In this document: positions 1-12,570 of the stretch, one piece after another
Numbering within the stretch: the stretch's first letter is position 1
How the letters are laid out: every line of letters begins with the position of its first letter
Assembly: GCA_049999805.1 (NCBI GenBank)
Contig: JBNGIO010006248.1
Span: forward strand, 45,900 to 109,899
Source of the DNA: Folioceros fuciformis
Lineage: Eukaryota
Direction of reading: 5' to 3'
DNA: 64,000 nucleotides
The notes under the pieces: model-generated
What the model was told of the DNA's origin: nothing
The model's database searches: none
Seen by the model: only the letters and a program-made list of their open reading frames with translations
Made by a program: the position numbers and the translations under genes

Positions 1-941
1 GCTCTGCACACTGCGGCGTCGGGATGTGCGCATTTTCAAGCACTCGGGACCGGAAGCCATCGCCGAGCTACTTTCGACCTACTGCGGGCGGGTCCCGGAC
101 GGGAGGAACTCAAGGAAGGTGTAGCCAGGGCCACAAAGCGGCTTTGGAGTTCCGTACGAGACGAAAGAAGGAACGAAAGTGGTCATATGTACTCTCCTCC
201 TCCCGCCAAAACCAAAACTGGGGTGGATCTTAAAGTCAACCAACTTGCTGTTGCTATACAACCGCTCCTTCTGTGCCCCGCACCAATCACCATGCGTATC
301 GTCCTTTCTATGCTTTCTCCCTCCCACATGCTTTTTTTTTTTTTTTCAATTTTCCAATCACGTCCAGGAAACTGTTATCCCATTGTTCCCGCACTTGGTT
401 GGATGTAAAGCTTCGCTTGGAGGTGAAGGTGGAACAATTTCATGGGATTCTTCCCTTTGCTGGATTCCCACACATGCACCTGGCTTGTACACAAGAATAT
501 GAGCTCATATATTTGTAAAGAAAATTTATGAAGATCATACGCTTTAGTAAGCTTGGTTGGCAGGAAAGTGGGCTGGAGTGCAATGTATGAGGAATGCTTG
601 GATAACTACTTTTGCAAATTTTCTTCAATGTTGGTGAAACATATGTAATGGAAGAGACAAGTAGCAAGTGGGCCAAGACACGAAAGCAAGTGGGTAAAGA
701 CAAGAAAGAAGATCCCATGCACCAATCATAGTAGGACACCTGTTTTGGTGCCCTAAAAGACAATATGTGGTCCATGAGGGTGCATGTATCTTCATGTGTG
801 TTCAGGGTGCTCACAACCTTGCACATATGTGCTATTGGTTCCACTCTATTCTGAAGTAGATGAGGTAGGTGATGAAGAATGGGAAGAGGCTTTCATGTAT
901 TGAAAAGTGAGTGTAGGTTTAGTGCATATGATTTGTTTGTC

Positions 942-1247
942 GATGATGTAGATTTGTACTAGATTCATCTTGAGGTAGATGATGTAGTTCTATATTGGAT
1001 TGATCTTGTAGTGAGTGGTGTAGGTTTGTATTCGGTTGACCTTGTGGTAGATGATGTAGGTTTGTATTGGGTTGATCTTGTAGTGAGTGATGTAGGTTTG
1101 TATTAAGTTGATCTTGTAGTAGATGATGTAGTTTTATATTGGATTGATCTTGTAGTGAGTGATCTAAGTTTGTATTTGATTGATCTTGAGGTGGATGATG
1201 GAGATTTGTATTGGGTTGATCTTGTAGTGAGTGATGTAGGTTTGTAC
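942..1247. repeat. 36-bp tandem minisatellite, about 8.5 copies, with 72-bp higher-order alternation
   Basis: Units such as gatgatgtaggtttgtattgggttgatcttgtagtg start at 942, 978, 1014, 1050, 1086, 1122, 1158, 1194 and 1230. From 978 onward the unit starts alternate gat/agt. Confidence 0.9.
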
Positions 1248-1869
1248 ATATGGTTCATGAAGGGTGTGTGTATCTAGGTGTGTGTTTAGGGTGTTCACAA
1301 CCTTGCACATCAACCACTGAAAAAACACCTAAAAAACCCTAAACACACCCTCTAATTAGGATGTTACTATACACTGTAGATCATGGTTAAATGAAATGAT
1401 GACTATATATGGTAGCTTACTCAAAGTTGACATTCCAAAAGCTTACTCATAATCAAGATGTCCTTACTTGAGATCATGGATCAATAGTCCAATTCTAGTC
1501 TACTCAAAGTAGACATCATATAACTCATGGTTAGGCTGTTACTACTTTAGATCATGGGTCACTTAATATTAGTTAAATATTTAATCTAGACATTTTATAC
1601 CTCCTAATTGAGATGTTGTTACTCCAACTCAAGGATCACTCCAGATTAAGCAGATATGTAATTATAAAATGCTCAAAGCCCTGAATCGTAAGTTTTTTAT
1701 ACAATATAAAAAATGTTTAAAACCCTAAACCCATAAAAAAAGGACTCATGATGAAAAAAGTGCATATCTCAATCCATTTAAGAACTTACTAAAGGGTTAG
1801 TAAGATTAGGAGGCTAGACCCCATGCATGCTTGTGTGAGGATTAGTTTGATTGGTGAGCTATTCCTCAT

Positions 1870-2251
1870 GTAGTTCTAAACCCTTTCTCCTAAGTTGAAC
1901 CCTAAACCCTAGGTTGACTTGTTCTTTGTTTAGTAACGTTAAATAGTTTAGGCTTTGATAGATTAATCTTAAATCCTAAACCCTAGGTTGATCCGTTCTT
2001 ATATTAGGTTAAATAGTTTAGGGTTTGATAGATCTGATACCTTAAACCTTAGGTTGATTCTTATTTTAGGTTAAATAGTTTAGAGTTTAATAGATTAATT
2101 TTAAATTCCAGGTTGATCTATTCTTACTTTAGGTTAAATAGTTTAGGGTTTGATAGATTAACCTTAAACCCTAAACCCTACACTTAAAAAAAACAAGAAA
2201 GAATGGAGTTTGGGGTTTAATACTTTTTCAGGGCTCTAGCCAAACCCTAAA
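1870..2251. repeat. Degenerate 60-70-bp AT-rich repeat containing plant telomere-like motifs (CCCTAAA/TTTAGGG) in both orientations
   Basis: About 4 recurrences of taaaccctaggttga...ttaaatagtttagggtttgatagat, plus aaaccctaaacccta near 2166-2180. Confidence 0.75.
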
Positions 2252-2420
2252 TCATTAACTTTTTCGAATTTGAGCGTTGTACATTACAAGAATTTAGGTG
2301 CAAACAGGCATGGACTTTCTTCGGGTTTCAGAATTGCAGTTTCGAGAACGTCCCGACCGGTGGTGGGCCAAAGAAAGTGTTGGGAATATTCCAGGTCCCA
2401 GCATGCAGAAAAACTTAGGA

Positions 2421-2459
2421 GCAAGCTAAGCTAAGCTAAGCTAAGCTAAGCTGAGCTAA
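2421..2459. repeat. (GCTAA)n microsatellite just downstream of the receptor kinase stop codon
   Basis: gcaagctaagctaagctaagctaagctaagctgagctaa read directly. Confidence 0.85.
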
Positions 2460-2480
2460 GGTGAAGTAAGGTAAGGTACG

Positions 2481-5400
2481 CTAGCGAGGACCGGACAGTT
2501 CCACAGCCTCGAGATCGAAGGTGGAGTCCTCGACCATCCTGTCGAACCTTCGGGGAAGCAGGCGGGCCTGCTGGGTACGCCGGAGCTCCACCTTCTGCCA
2601 CTCCTCCCAGCGTTCGGCGAGGCCGTCGCCCTCCAGCATGCGCACGACTACGGCCATGGAGGGCCGGTCGGCGGGAGAGAACTGGGTGCACAGCAACGCC
2701 ACCTGCACCATCTCCTCCAGCTCGAAGGCGTTGAAGTCGGTCTTGAGGCGGGCGTCGGCCAGGCACTCCAGCTTCTTCTCGTGGTGGAGCGTCTTCACCC
2801 AGTCCAGCAGCATCACGTCCTTGCGCTGGTTGATTCGCCCGAAGTCGAATGCCCGCTCTCCGGTGATGAGCTCCAGCAGCAGGATGCCGTAGCCGAACAC
2901 GTCCGTCTTCTCGGACGACTGGCCTGTGGAGAGGTATTCTGGTGCGATGTGGCCCACCGTCCCGCGCACCGCCGTGGTGATGTGGGTGTCCTGGTGGTCC
3001 AGCAGCTTGGCCAGCCCGAAATCGCCCACCACCGCCTCAAATGTGTCGTCCAGCAGGATGTTGGCCGCCTTCACGTCCCGGTGGATGATCTTGGGGTCGC
3101 AGTGTTCGTGCAGATAGAGGAGACCCCGCGCCGCCCCCAGGGCGATCCGCTTCCGGGTTGCCCAGTCCAGTACCGGGTTGCCCAGAATCGTGTCTGGATC
3201 AGACAAGGAGAAAAATTGAGCTCATGAGTGAGAACAGTGTGGTTGGAGGTGGAAGAGACTGGAAGAAAACCCGGGTGTTGCATGAGGATGTGAAGAAACA
3301 AACCATGAATGGAGGTGAAGATGAAGCGGGTGGAAGAGAATGTGAGGCGAAACGTAGTTGGAGGAGAAAGTGAGGCAAGGAGGAGCAGGAGGTGAAGCAG
3401 AGGGTGTTGGAGGAGGAAGTGAGGGGAGCCCCACGGGTGGAGGTGAAGATGAAGGAGTTTGGAAAGAGAAGGAAATTTGGAAGGGAAGGAATGGCATTGA
3501 GATGGACGCACCGTGGAGTCGGGATGCCACGCTGCCGTTGCACATGAAGGGGTAGACGAGGAGCCTCTCTGTTGGCGTCATGCAGAAGCCCACCAGTCGG
3601 AGGAGGTTGCGGTGCACAGCCAAGCTTATCATCTCTACCTCCATCTGGAACTGGAGCTCGCCTCCTGCGATATTGCCGTCCTTCAACCGCTTGACGGCGA
3701 TGGAGGATCCGTCGGACAGTCTGCCTTTGTAAACGTGCCCGAACCCGCCTTTCCCCAGAACGTTTTTGTTGTCGAAGTTGTCTGTGGCGATCTGCAGTTC
3801 TCGAAGGGAGAATTTCTTGAGCTGGCCCAGGGAAGCATCTGGACTTTGGGCTGGAGTGAAGGAGTTGGGTTGGTGTTAGGATGGCGGAAGTTGGAGAAAT
3901 TTGAGGTGGATGGAGAGGAGGACGGGAAGGGGGATGGTTACCGTGGACGTCGAAGAAGGCTTGCTTTGTTTGGCGTCGCATCCACGATAGGGCAGCGAGC
4001 ATCAAGAGGGCCAGTAGAAGACCGGCGCTGACGAGGACACAGGCCAGAAACCAGATGCTGGGTCTGCCAGACTTTGCCATGCCTACGTCTAGGTTGCTGC
4101 TCCCTGCGTGGGAGGAAGGAATTTATCATTTCATCATGCTGCATGGAAGGAGAAGCAGAGGAATGATGTCCAGGAGATGGATGGAAAAGCGTCTACCTTC
4201 AACCTGAGTGAGGGGCTGGTCTTCGATGAAATTGGGGCAGCCCTGTGTTGGACCCAGCAGGCAAGCTGGGTTATTCGAAAAGCTGGATGCCTGATTCAGT
4301 CAGTAAACTGATGCCTCGCAGATGAGCATCTCTCGCTTCAACGGCATTCAGACGTGTAGCTTGAATGTGAACCTACTTGAAATTGGCTGACGAGATTCGG
4401 GGGCCGGTCCCGTTGAAGTTGTTGGAAGACAGGTCCCTGACCCAACAAGTTCCTGGCACTATGAGTTTGCAGTCATGGACTGACTCAGGCACAAAAACAA
4501 CACCGTCTGGAATGAATCAGCGACGTACAAGACTTGAAGGTTGGTCATGTTGCTGAAAAACGACGTGTCTCCTGAAAGGTTGTTGTTGTTCAAGCGCCTG
4601 GACAGGTACCAAACTACAGGGCATCAGCTGATCCTTACAGTTCGGGAGACACAGAATTCGAAGTTTTGTTTCTCATGCAAAGGAACAATACATAGAGCAA
4701 ACAAAAGTAAGCATCGTTACTCCGACACAGAACCACACGGAGGAGAAGCAAGGGTTTTCCTCTTCTACAACGACGGTTAACTCTCTTACACAAAAGCAAG
4801 ATTTTGAAGCTGCCCGATTGTCGAAGGGATGCATCCTTCTAACTTGTTGTTGGAGAGATCTAATTCGACCAGCCCAGTCAAGTTCCCCAATTCCGGGGGA
4901 AGCGTTCCAGACAAGGAGTTAGATGACATAACCCTAGAACACGAACAATCCATGAATTAGAAATTCTGCACAAGAAAAGGTTTGCACATCTCCACTCCCT
5001 TCATCACAGGGCCAGCTACGTACAAGTGCTGAAGGTTTGGTAGGCTCCCTATCGCCGGTGAAAGGATTCCGGATAACCTTACACCAGAAAGATCTCTGGC
5101 ACAAACCCATGCAGAGAACGGTACGTCAGGCCAAGAACAAGCACACACCAGGTGCATCACGGGAACAAGAAGGCCCATCGTCCAGCACTAACATCCTGAT
5201 GACTGACAGCTGATTTGAGCAGGTAACGTGGAAAAAACCGCATGCATCAACTGCAAGCCTGTCCCACGAATCAAGATTATGCCCTGGGTCCGCCAGGTAC
5301 TGCTTCATGGTGATCAGCGCGTTTACTGCAAGAACGCAACACCTCAAACGTCAGCACAACAACCACCGCATTCCACCAGAAAGTGTACCAGCGCAGAAGC

Positions 5401-5508
5401 AGGCTCCCCACCTTCCAAGCTAACGCCAGGAGATATAATCGTCCCGCCCACGAAAGAGCACAACATGCCAATCACCACAACATACAGCAGCAGCAACAGA
5501 GCCTCCAT
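2481..5508 (-). CDS. LRR receptor-like kinase, subfamily LRR-II (NIK/CIK-like, SERK-related), multi-exon
   Basis: Signal peptide [14 protein letters not shown] (ATG 5508), N-cap [15 protein letters not shown], short LRR exons and a TM segment [18 protein letters not shown]. Juxtamembrane [19 protein letters not shown], kinase motifs [15 protein letters not shown] and [11 protein letters not shown], and C-terminal ELSGPR*. There is no SPP-rich exon, so it is not a canonical SERK. Confidence 0.93.
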
Positions 5509-8008
5509 AGCCACCTCCACCACAGGGACTGCGCTGCAAGCGTAGCCCCTGACAAAATATCCTCCTCCCCTCCCGGTCCTCAACTCATGCTGTCCGTTTC
5601 CTTCCTGTTCCTCGAGACAGAGAGTACGCTGGCCTCAGCTTCAGCAATGCACACACCTCCCCAGCTCCACGGGGAGCTCCAATGCCGCTCCCCGTCCTAA
5701 ACCGGAAGCGCCCACAATGCTGCTTCATCTTGGCTGCTTCTTCCCCCGTCACCCGCGCACTAGATCCCTCAAATGCGAGCGCACGAGCGACTGCCCAAGA
5801 GCAAATTTATCACGCAGCAGCAACCCACCAAGCCAGCACTGCCTTCCTCGCATCCCCTCCGCTCGAAAGTCCAGGGGGACCGGCCGACAGAAGGTGCGTT
5901 CCCCTATCCCCTCGACCCCTGCGCTGCGCTGCAGGCCTGAATGCCGCGGGCAGTAGGCACGCGCGAGATGACGGGAGGGAACGTGCAAATCGCAAACTCG
6001 GGCGTGTTACGGGCACTAATCCCCGCGCATCCGGAGGCCGCAGCACCGTACCCGATGTCACCACAGCCGGTACTCGCCTCTACTCTCTCCCGCCTGCGAC
6101 CCGCCCACTCGGCCCGGCCCAAGACAGTGTGCTATCTGACGCACCCTGTGGTCACGACTGGAGCTCGGGAGCCCGGAAGGGCAGAGCCATTCAGCTTGGC
6201 GCAGCCGGTGCGTGGGCACGGACAAGCAGCCAGGTGGAAGGACACAGTTGTTTGGGTCTCCATTGATTCCCCAACTTGACAAGAACAAGACAAGCAACAG
6301 CAGAGGCACGCAGCCCCGTGCCCAGCCACAGTGCCATGCGCATGCCCAGGTGTAGCGCCTCTCATCCCTCTTCTCTTCCTTCCTGCATGGAACAAACACC
6401 ATCATCTCCATTCCATGTATATCCAAGCACGCACTAGAGACAAGACATGTGCATCTATGTGGTGGCACCCACGTGAAGTGATTGTGACCTTGGTTATGGC
6501 TGATGCAAGCACATTAGGTGAGGCTGTCCTGGCCTGGTTCCGGCTTCGAGAATCAAGACCTTAGAATTTATGCAGAGAGCTGGCTGCCTTGCCGCTGGGA
6601 TGTCATGCACAATGTGGCGCCAGAACGTGTCCTGAAGGGACATCAATGATTCGATGTGATTCCAAATGCATTAAGGAAAGGACCCTAGGGGCTCCTCAAA
6701 CACTCAATTGAGGAGGGTGCCGCATCATCCATCAGGACAGTCCAGACCAGTTTGTGGGTGCTTTTGCTTTTGCACAACTTGTCTGTCGCTGGGAGGATGT
6801 TGCCAAAGAGGCCCTGTCGCCGCCGTGCAGCCTGCCTCCAGCAGAGTAGGTTGCTATGGAGATTTGCGTTGATTCATCGGGTCTGCAAGGAACCTACGTG
6901 TTCAACCTAATGCATGTGTACGTTGTATGTCGGTTTAACACTCGGCACGTTCTACGGTAAGGACAGGGGGTGAGCTACATCGGTACTAAGCTTGGCAGAC
7001 ATGAAGGAAGCGTCAAATGGGAATCTGAGGAAGCTTGTCGTCCCCGTGAATATTAGTCTGGCAAACTGGAACTACCGCTGATATCTTTCAGAAGATTTGG
7101 CATCCATAGCCACATATCGGAGAATCGAGGAGTATAGTTCGTACAACGATTACTTCATGTGGAGACTCAACACAGGATGTACCAAATTTGAAGAAGTCTG
7201 TACTGCATTACCAAAGTTTCTTGATAATTGGAGATTCAAGCATGAGTTTATGGAGGATCTGAAAAGAAGGTCCATCGTTTTGAAACCTTCAAGAGTACCT
7301 TGGCACATTGAACAACCCAACGAGCAGGTTACTCGTACACCTGGATCCTTCTTTCTCTCATCTGCCAGATCCATTCTGAGTTTTTTCTTGAATCGGGGAG
7401 ATGGACGCCTCGTTTCCTCTTTTGCTACGTTTGATATTGTCGGACTTATATAAGGCGAGGAGCTAGACGCCTGCTTGTTACGTCCTGAGTTTGCTCTGAC
7501 CCTAGTTTTATGAAGTGGACAGCTGCACGCCTCACCCGCTTCTTCTACCAAACGTGACCTGACGTTTATGAACCAGTGAGCTGCATGCCTCACAGTCTCG
7601 TCTGCCAGATCTGATCTGAGCTCTAAGAACCCGGTAGCTGCACGTGAGATGAATTAGAGTGAGCGACCATATTTAGCTGGGAGCCTCAGCTATGTCACCG
7701 ACAGGCACAACCTAATCGGTCTGCAAGACTACTGAGCAGATTGCCAAGTGACAATTAGAAAAAAAAGGTTCCGGCAAACAGCACAAAGACAAGGAAGTGC
7801 TAACATCTGTCCTATTCCTCCTATAAGACCCTTCACTCGGGACCTTGAGACTCTTCCAGGAATCTATTCCGCAGCGAGCTACTACACAGGTGGTACCAAA
7901 CAGCAACAAATTTGCAGATCCATCGTCTGCACTAAACCGCATCGGGCTCGGGGTTCCTAATCCGAAACCATCACACCACTGTAACGGTTCAAGCTGACAT
8001 AAAGAGGG

Positions 8009-8452
8009 CTAGTCTCCAACAGGGCCCATGCCCTGCTTCAACCGCTCCCTCCTCAACTTCTTCTTAGACACCGCCTTCTTCTTCCTGACAGGATGAGTCT
8101 TGTGTGCATAGGTGTACAAGTAGTAGTTGCCGATGAGGAATGCCAACACCAATCCGACTACCACAAGAACCACTACAATTCCGGGGTTATATCCCGATTT
8201 CACGGTCTTAGAAGAGAAAAACGCCTACAACAGGAGCAACACGCGTTAGCTACGGCGCTAGCCCGCAGTTTAACACCAAACGGCAGATCTGGACATCGCT
8301 CACCACAACAGCAAACCACGAGGGGAGCGGAAGGTATCACAGACATGGAGAGGAAGGCATCACAGATAGGGAGCGGCAGAACACATGCGAGGGACAGATC
8401 TGGTTGAGCAGCAGGGCCAAACCTGTCCAGAGGATCGATCCGACTCAACCAT
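8009..8452 (-). CDS. S1FA: DNA-binding protein S1FA family, 2 exons (8452-8423, 8206-8009)
   Basis: [48 protein letters not shown] matches the plant S1FA pattern. Exon 1 [10 protein letters not shown] is joined in phase by a GT-AG intron. Confidence 0.9.
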
Positions 8453-8887
8453 GGCTGCTTCTCGGCTTGCCTGCAATCGCAAGTGCTCCTGATTGGACCC
8501 GCGCTACAGATAGTGGAGCGCGCCCGCTCCAGTTCCGATAGGCTTCGTGTCCGCTCTCGCTGCTCAGCCCGCTTCACTGCACCGCAGAACTCTAGCTGTG
8601 TCGACCAATGTCGGGACGGAGAGGAGACTAATTTTCCCGACGTAGTAAAACCCAGTACACATAGCGCGTTAGGTAGTTGATCCATACAGGACCCATTTAA
8701 AGACATACGCCGTATCCTGACTTCCAGTTAACCAGTTCCGAGGCCAAGTCCATGCATGCGCATCGCAATGGCGGGGTCGCATCTGGGGCCAAAAAAAATG
8801 CTAAGTCTGAAGAACAAAAATGGATGAGACTGCGAACAGACTCTGAATCCTCGAGATTTCCGAATGCTGTCCCGGGAGGTGACTGCG

Positions 8888-10930
8888 TCAAACTGCTGCC
8901 CGGATGGAGTCAGTGAAGGATCCGATAGCAGCGAGTCCCTCCTCTGGGCTTGAAGCATCTCCAAGCAATTTCACCACTCTGCTGCCTACAATGACACCGT
9001 CCGCCCCCCATTCCACCATCTGCGATGCAATGCAGGGGGGGGGGGGGATATTACTATACTCATCCAGAGATCATGTCATGGAAGGAAGGAACTCTCTCCA
9101 GTACAAGTATGGGCATACCTGGATTGCATGTTCTGGTTTAGAGATTCCGAAGCCAACAGCAACCGGGATTGTGGGGGCCTCCTGCGGGGGTTCCAAATTT
9201 GATTACGAGACTGAAAAAGATACTCTGCATTTGCATTTCCAGCCTTGTTCGAAGCACTAAAGACGAAGTCGTGTTCGAAGCACCAAAGGCAGAGAACAGC
9301 ACACACCTCCTTGATGTCTTTCAGGAGATCTCGAACCTTGGACGATACAGATGCGCGAGCTCCTGTCACACCTGTCAGACTAACCTGCACGAATGCAGGA
9401 GAGATAGGGAGTCACCTACCGAGGTTCATGTATAAGGAAGTCTCGGTACTATTGCTCCGGGGAAAAAAGCACCAAACTTACTAAGTAAAGAAAGCCCTGT
9501 GTTGCGTGGGCTATGGCTCCCATCCGTGCCTTAGAAGTGGTTGGCGTGGTCATGAGCACCTACCAAACGAGAGATGGTTAGTGGGGAGTACCAGCTCAGG
9601 GACAAGACCCCACAAACCTGCGATCGTACCAGCTCCAGCCCATGCTTCAATGTGAGGACCCGCAGTTCGTCTGTATCCTCTAGCGTCAGGTCAGGTACAA
9701 GCAGACCTGCAGGGTGACACAAGTTTTGACCCCAGTGCTTCAGCAAAGTTGCCCACATTTGGCTGCCAGCCTAAGAATTGAAGCGTTGAAAATCACAATG
9801 AGTCGTCGAAAGCCCCACAAAACAACCAAGCACCTGAAGCACCGGAATCCTTGATACTTTTCAAGAAATTCTCTACCCCACGCTTCAATATGGGATTGTA
9901 ATACGTGAACAGCACAACAGGAGCACGCAACTGTGGTGAAACCTGCACAATCAAGCCAAGGCAAACTGTCGAGAACAACCGAGCCACCTGCTACCTATCT
10001 CTGAAACATCCTGCAAACGTCATGGAGCTAGGCTGTACAGGAACAGAGCATCTGGAAGCATTTAGGGTTTAGATCACAGACATCTTGCAGACACGTTCTA
10101 ACAAAACAAATCCTCGGACTGAAGCAGGAAAGACCTTTTTCAACATCACCAGGACTCCCTCCAGGGTGATGCCTTTCTCCAACGCACGTCTGTAGGCCTC
10201 CTGCATCGCGGACCAGGGGGAACTGTCAGAACGCGAAGGCCACCAACATTTCACGACAACAGTCAAGTCGGAACCTTCCAGCCAACAGCTAGCCTTCCAG
10301 CTCCTACACCTTGAAGAGCAGCAGAACCACTACCAAAGCTAACCTGAATGACCGGCCCATCAGCCAAGGGGTCGGCATACGGCACTCCCAGCTCCAGAAT
10401 ATCCGCTCCCCTTTCGTCTAACAGCAACAAGGCCTTGGCAGTGGTGTCCAAATCCGGGTCCCCGGCAACAAGGTAGGGGATGAAGGCAACCTGCACAGAA
10501 AACCACAGAATCCCCGTACGTCCACCAGACCAGAACAGCACCGGCAATTGATTCACCCCCATTCCCACCTCTTCCCCACCTTCGCACAACATCAGTCTCA
10601 ACGTTCCATCACTCCATCTCAAAGACACAACCCAACCCAATCCAATCCAACCCGCACCTTTCCTGCCTTCTTCGCCTCGGCAAACGTGGACGCTAGGCTC
10701 AGCGTGTCGGAGGCCACGGCACAGCACGTGCACAGCCCGCCCCCGCCTCCCACCTTCCCTGCAGGGCCCAAGCTCCAATGCAATGGCCTGGCGGCTGCCC
10801 CAATCGCAGCACCATTCCTGGACTCCAAGCGTAGCACCGACGGGACGCGGGCACGACAACAAGCCCCGGCCGTCTCCAAAACCGCCACAGGATTCTTCGC
10901 CCGCAGCAAGCGGTCACAGGCCAACGCCAT
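8888..10930 (-). CDS. TSA1: Tryptophan synthase alpha chain, plastid-targeted, 9 exons
   Basis: Transit peptide from ATG 10930, then [73 protein letters not shown] and [10 protein letters not shown]; stop at 8888-8890. Confidence 0.95.
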
Positions 10931-11613
10931 GCTCTCCAGTTCAACAAGCACAACACTGTCTGCCTCCCACCTGATGCCCCCCGTTTTGAACTTACTTATA
11001 CCTCGAACAAACAGCCTCCGCCACCGATGGAAAAAACCGAGCAACTCTGACCGAAGTACGTGACCTGACGCACGTACAAATATATACACCCACCACTACA
11101 CTTCTCCGCACGCGCCAGGAGAGCTTGCGGGAACCGAGACTCATGGTTCCAACAGAGGTCACACAAAAAACCGATCCTGGACCAGACGTGCGGCACCCAT
11201 GAGGCAAGCACGCTACATATCCCAACCTCAGATGGATTACTGGCCTCCTTCACATCCTGTGCCTCCTTCACATCCTGTGCCGGTGGGTGCTCAAGTTCCA
11301 GCTTCGGGTGTGGGCTGGATAAAACAGCACAGTGTTCCGCAGGGGCTATGGCAATGTAGGCCTGCACAAACCCATGCCCAAGGTGTGGACAACTGGTGCA
11401 CCACGTCTGTAGGCATAGTGTCGCTTTCATTTCGTATCTTTTACCACAATAAAGGCTCCAGTTACACTCTACTTCAAAGTCTTGAACTCCAGGCCCTTCC
11501 GAGTTCAAACTCCCGGTGCAGGATCTGTAAGTAATTCACGTATGTCTAGGAAGTCCAGGAAGTCTCTAACTCCGAAACAAGGGAGGACAAAGAAAAAACT
11601 TTTTAGCACCGAG

Positions 11614-12570
11614 TCAAACATTGTCTCCTGGAGAAGACCGAGCAGGAGGAAATAAGTGCCAACTCGTCGAGTTGAAGGCTGAAGAATCTGGGAACCTTAT
11701 GTCGTCGATGGGATACTCTATTACCTTGTTACACAGCCGTCTCATATCTTCCCAAGGGGAGTTGGCTTCAACTGAAATGGACGGCGCACGCAGATTTGCT
11801 ATGTAAGAGTTGAAGCTGTTTCCCAGGACGGCTACTTGACTAGTGGTCACCAGGTGCATGTTCGATGCCACCACATTGACGTACAGCTGGAGTGAACAAT
11901 GCGGCATGTAGAACAGGGTGGGCTTTGAGAAAGGCAATTTACCGTCGCAGTTGTCTGTCATCGAACCGCACCCGAGCTCCTCCAGAACTCTGCATTCCAG
12001 CCGCGTAAGGATAGGATCGTGAACCAATACTTGGACGACGTATGGAAGAGACTCTTTACACAACAGTGCAAGGGATAACTGGCACCGTGATCGTTCCGTT
12101 TTGTCTATACTGCCTAATCCATAGACAACCAGCTGAATTTGCCGACCCTTCTCCGGAACTTGGGAATCAAGACCACAACTCTGTCCAAGAGCGTCGTCCG
12201 TAGATGAAGTGACGGGAAACCAGCTCCGGCATTCCGCAAGTTCCAAATTCCTCAGCTGCTCCAAGAATCTCCTGAAAAACTCCGAGGTCTTTACTCTCTC
12301 CTTCGACTTCTTGTACTTCGCCAGTAACTCCTGCTTTTCATGACCAAAATCTTCACCACGGGCGTTGTCTGTGTTCGTTCCTCCCGCCACACTCATCACT
12401 ACCTGTATTTCCTGATCGCACCCTAGGGCTGTTGGACCTTCACCAGCTCCGACCACCTGCAAGATGGTCCTGCTATTGCTTTCGCTCCCTGCAATGCATG
12501 GCGACGGCCGCACTGAAACTCGCAGCCTGTTCTTGCGATACTTCACTACGTGCCACTCCCCGTCTGCCAT
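11614..12570 (-). CDS. SRR1: SENSITIVITY TO RED LIGHT REDUCED 1 (SRR1-domain protein), intronless CDS
   Basis: MADGEWHVV start; SRR1 motifs VVYGLGS, SRCQLSLALL, HDPILT..E, KPTLFYMPHC and VLGNSF. Confidence 0.9.
   Translation of the reverse strand: MADGEWHVVKYRKNRLRVSVRPSPCIAGSESNSRTILQVVGAGEGPTALGCDQEIQVVMSVAGGTNTDNARGEDFGHEKQELLAKYKKSKERVKTSEFFRRFLEQLRNLELAECRSWFPVTSSTDDALGQSCGLDSQVPEKGRQIQLVVYGLGSIDKTERSRCQLSLALLCKESLPYVVQVLVHDPILTRLECRVLEELGCGSMTDNCDGKLPFSKPTLFYMPHCSLQLYVNVVASNMHLVTTSQVAVLGNSFNSYIANLRAPSISVEANSPWEDMRRLCNKVIEYPIDDIRFPDSSAFNSTSWHLFPPARSSPGDNV

Noticed and set aside
1-408. 3' end of a gene at the window edge (faint ankyrin-like ALHTAA / EAIAELL words)
   Set aside because: The two words are in different frames, and too little sequence is visible to support a call.
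942-1247. CRISPR array (36-bp repeats)
   Set aside because: The repeats are directly tandem with no unique spacers, there are no cas genes, and the context is eukaryotic.
3199-4080. 293-aa ORF as an independent gene
   Set aside because: It is the kinase TM exon read through introns and out-of-frame exon sequence.
2481-5508. Calling the kinase SERK/BAK1
   Set aside because: It lacks the SPP-rich extracellular segment, and its kinase motifs ([19 protein letters not shown]) are closer to NIK/CIK.
5682-6468. Overlapping GC-rich ORFs upstream of the kinase
   Set aside because: No recognisable domains; open frames on both strands are expected in GC-rich leader or promoter DNA.
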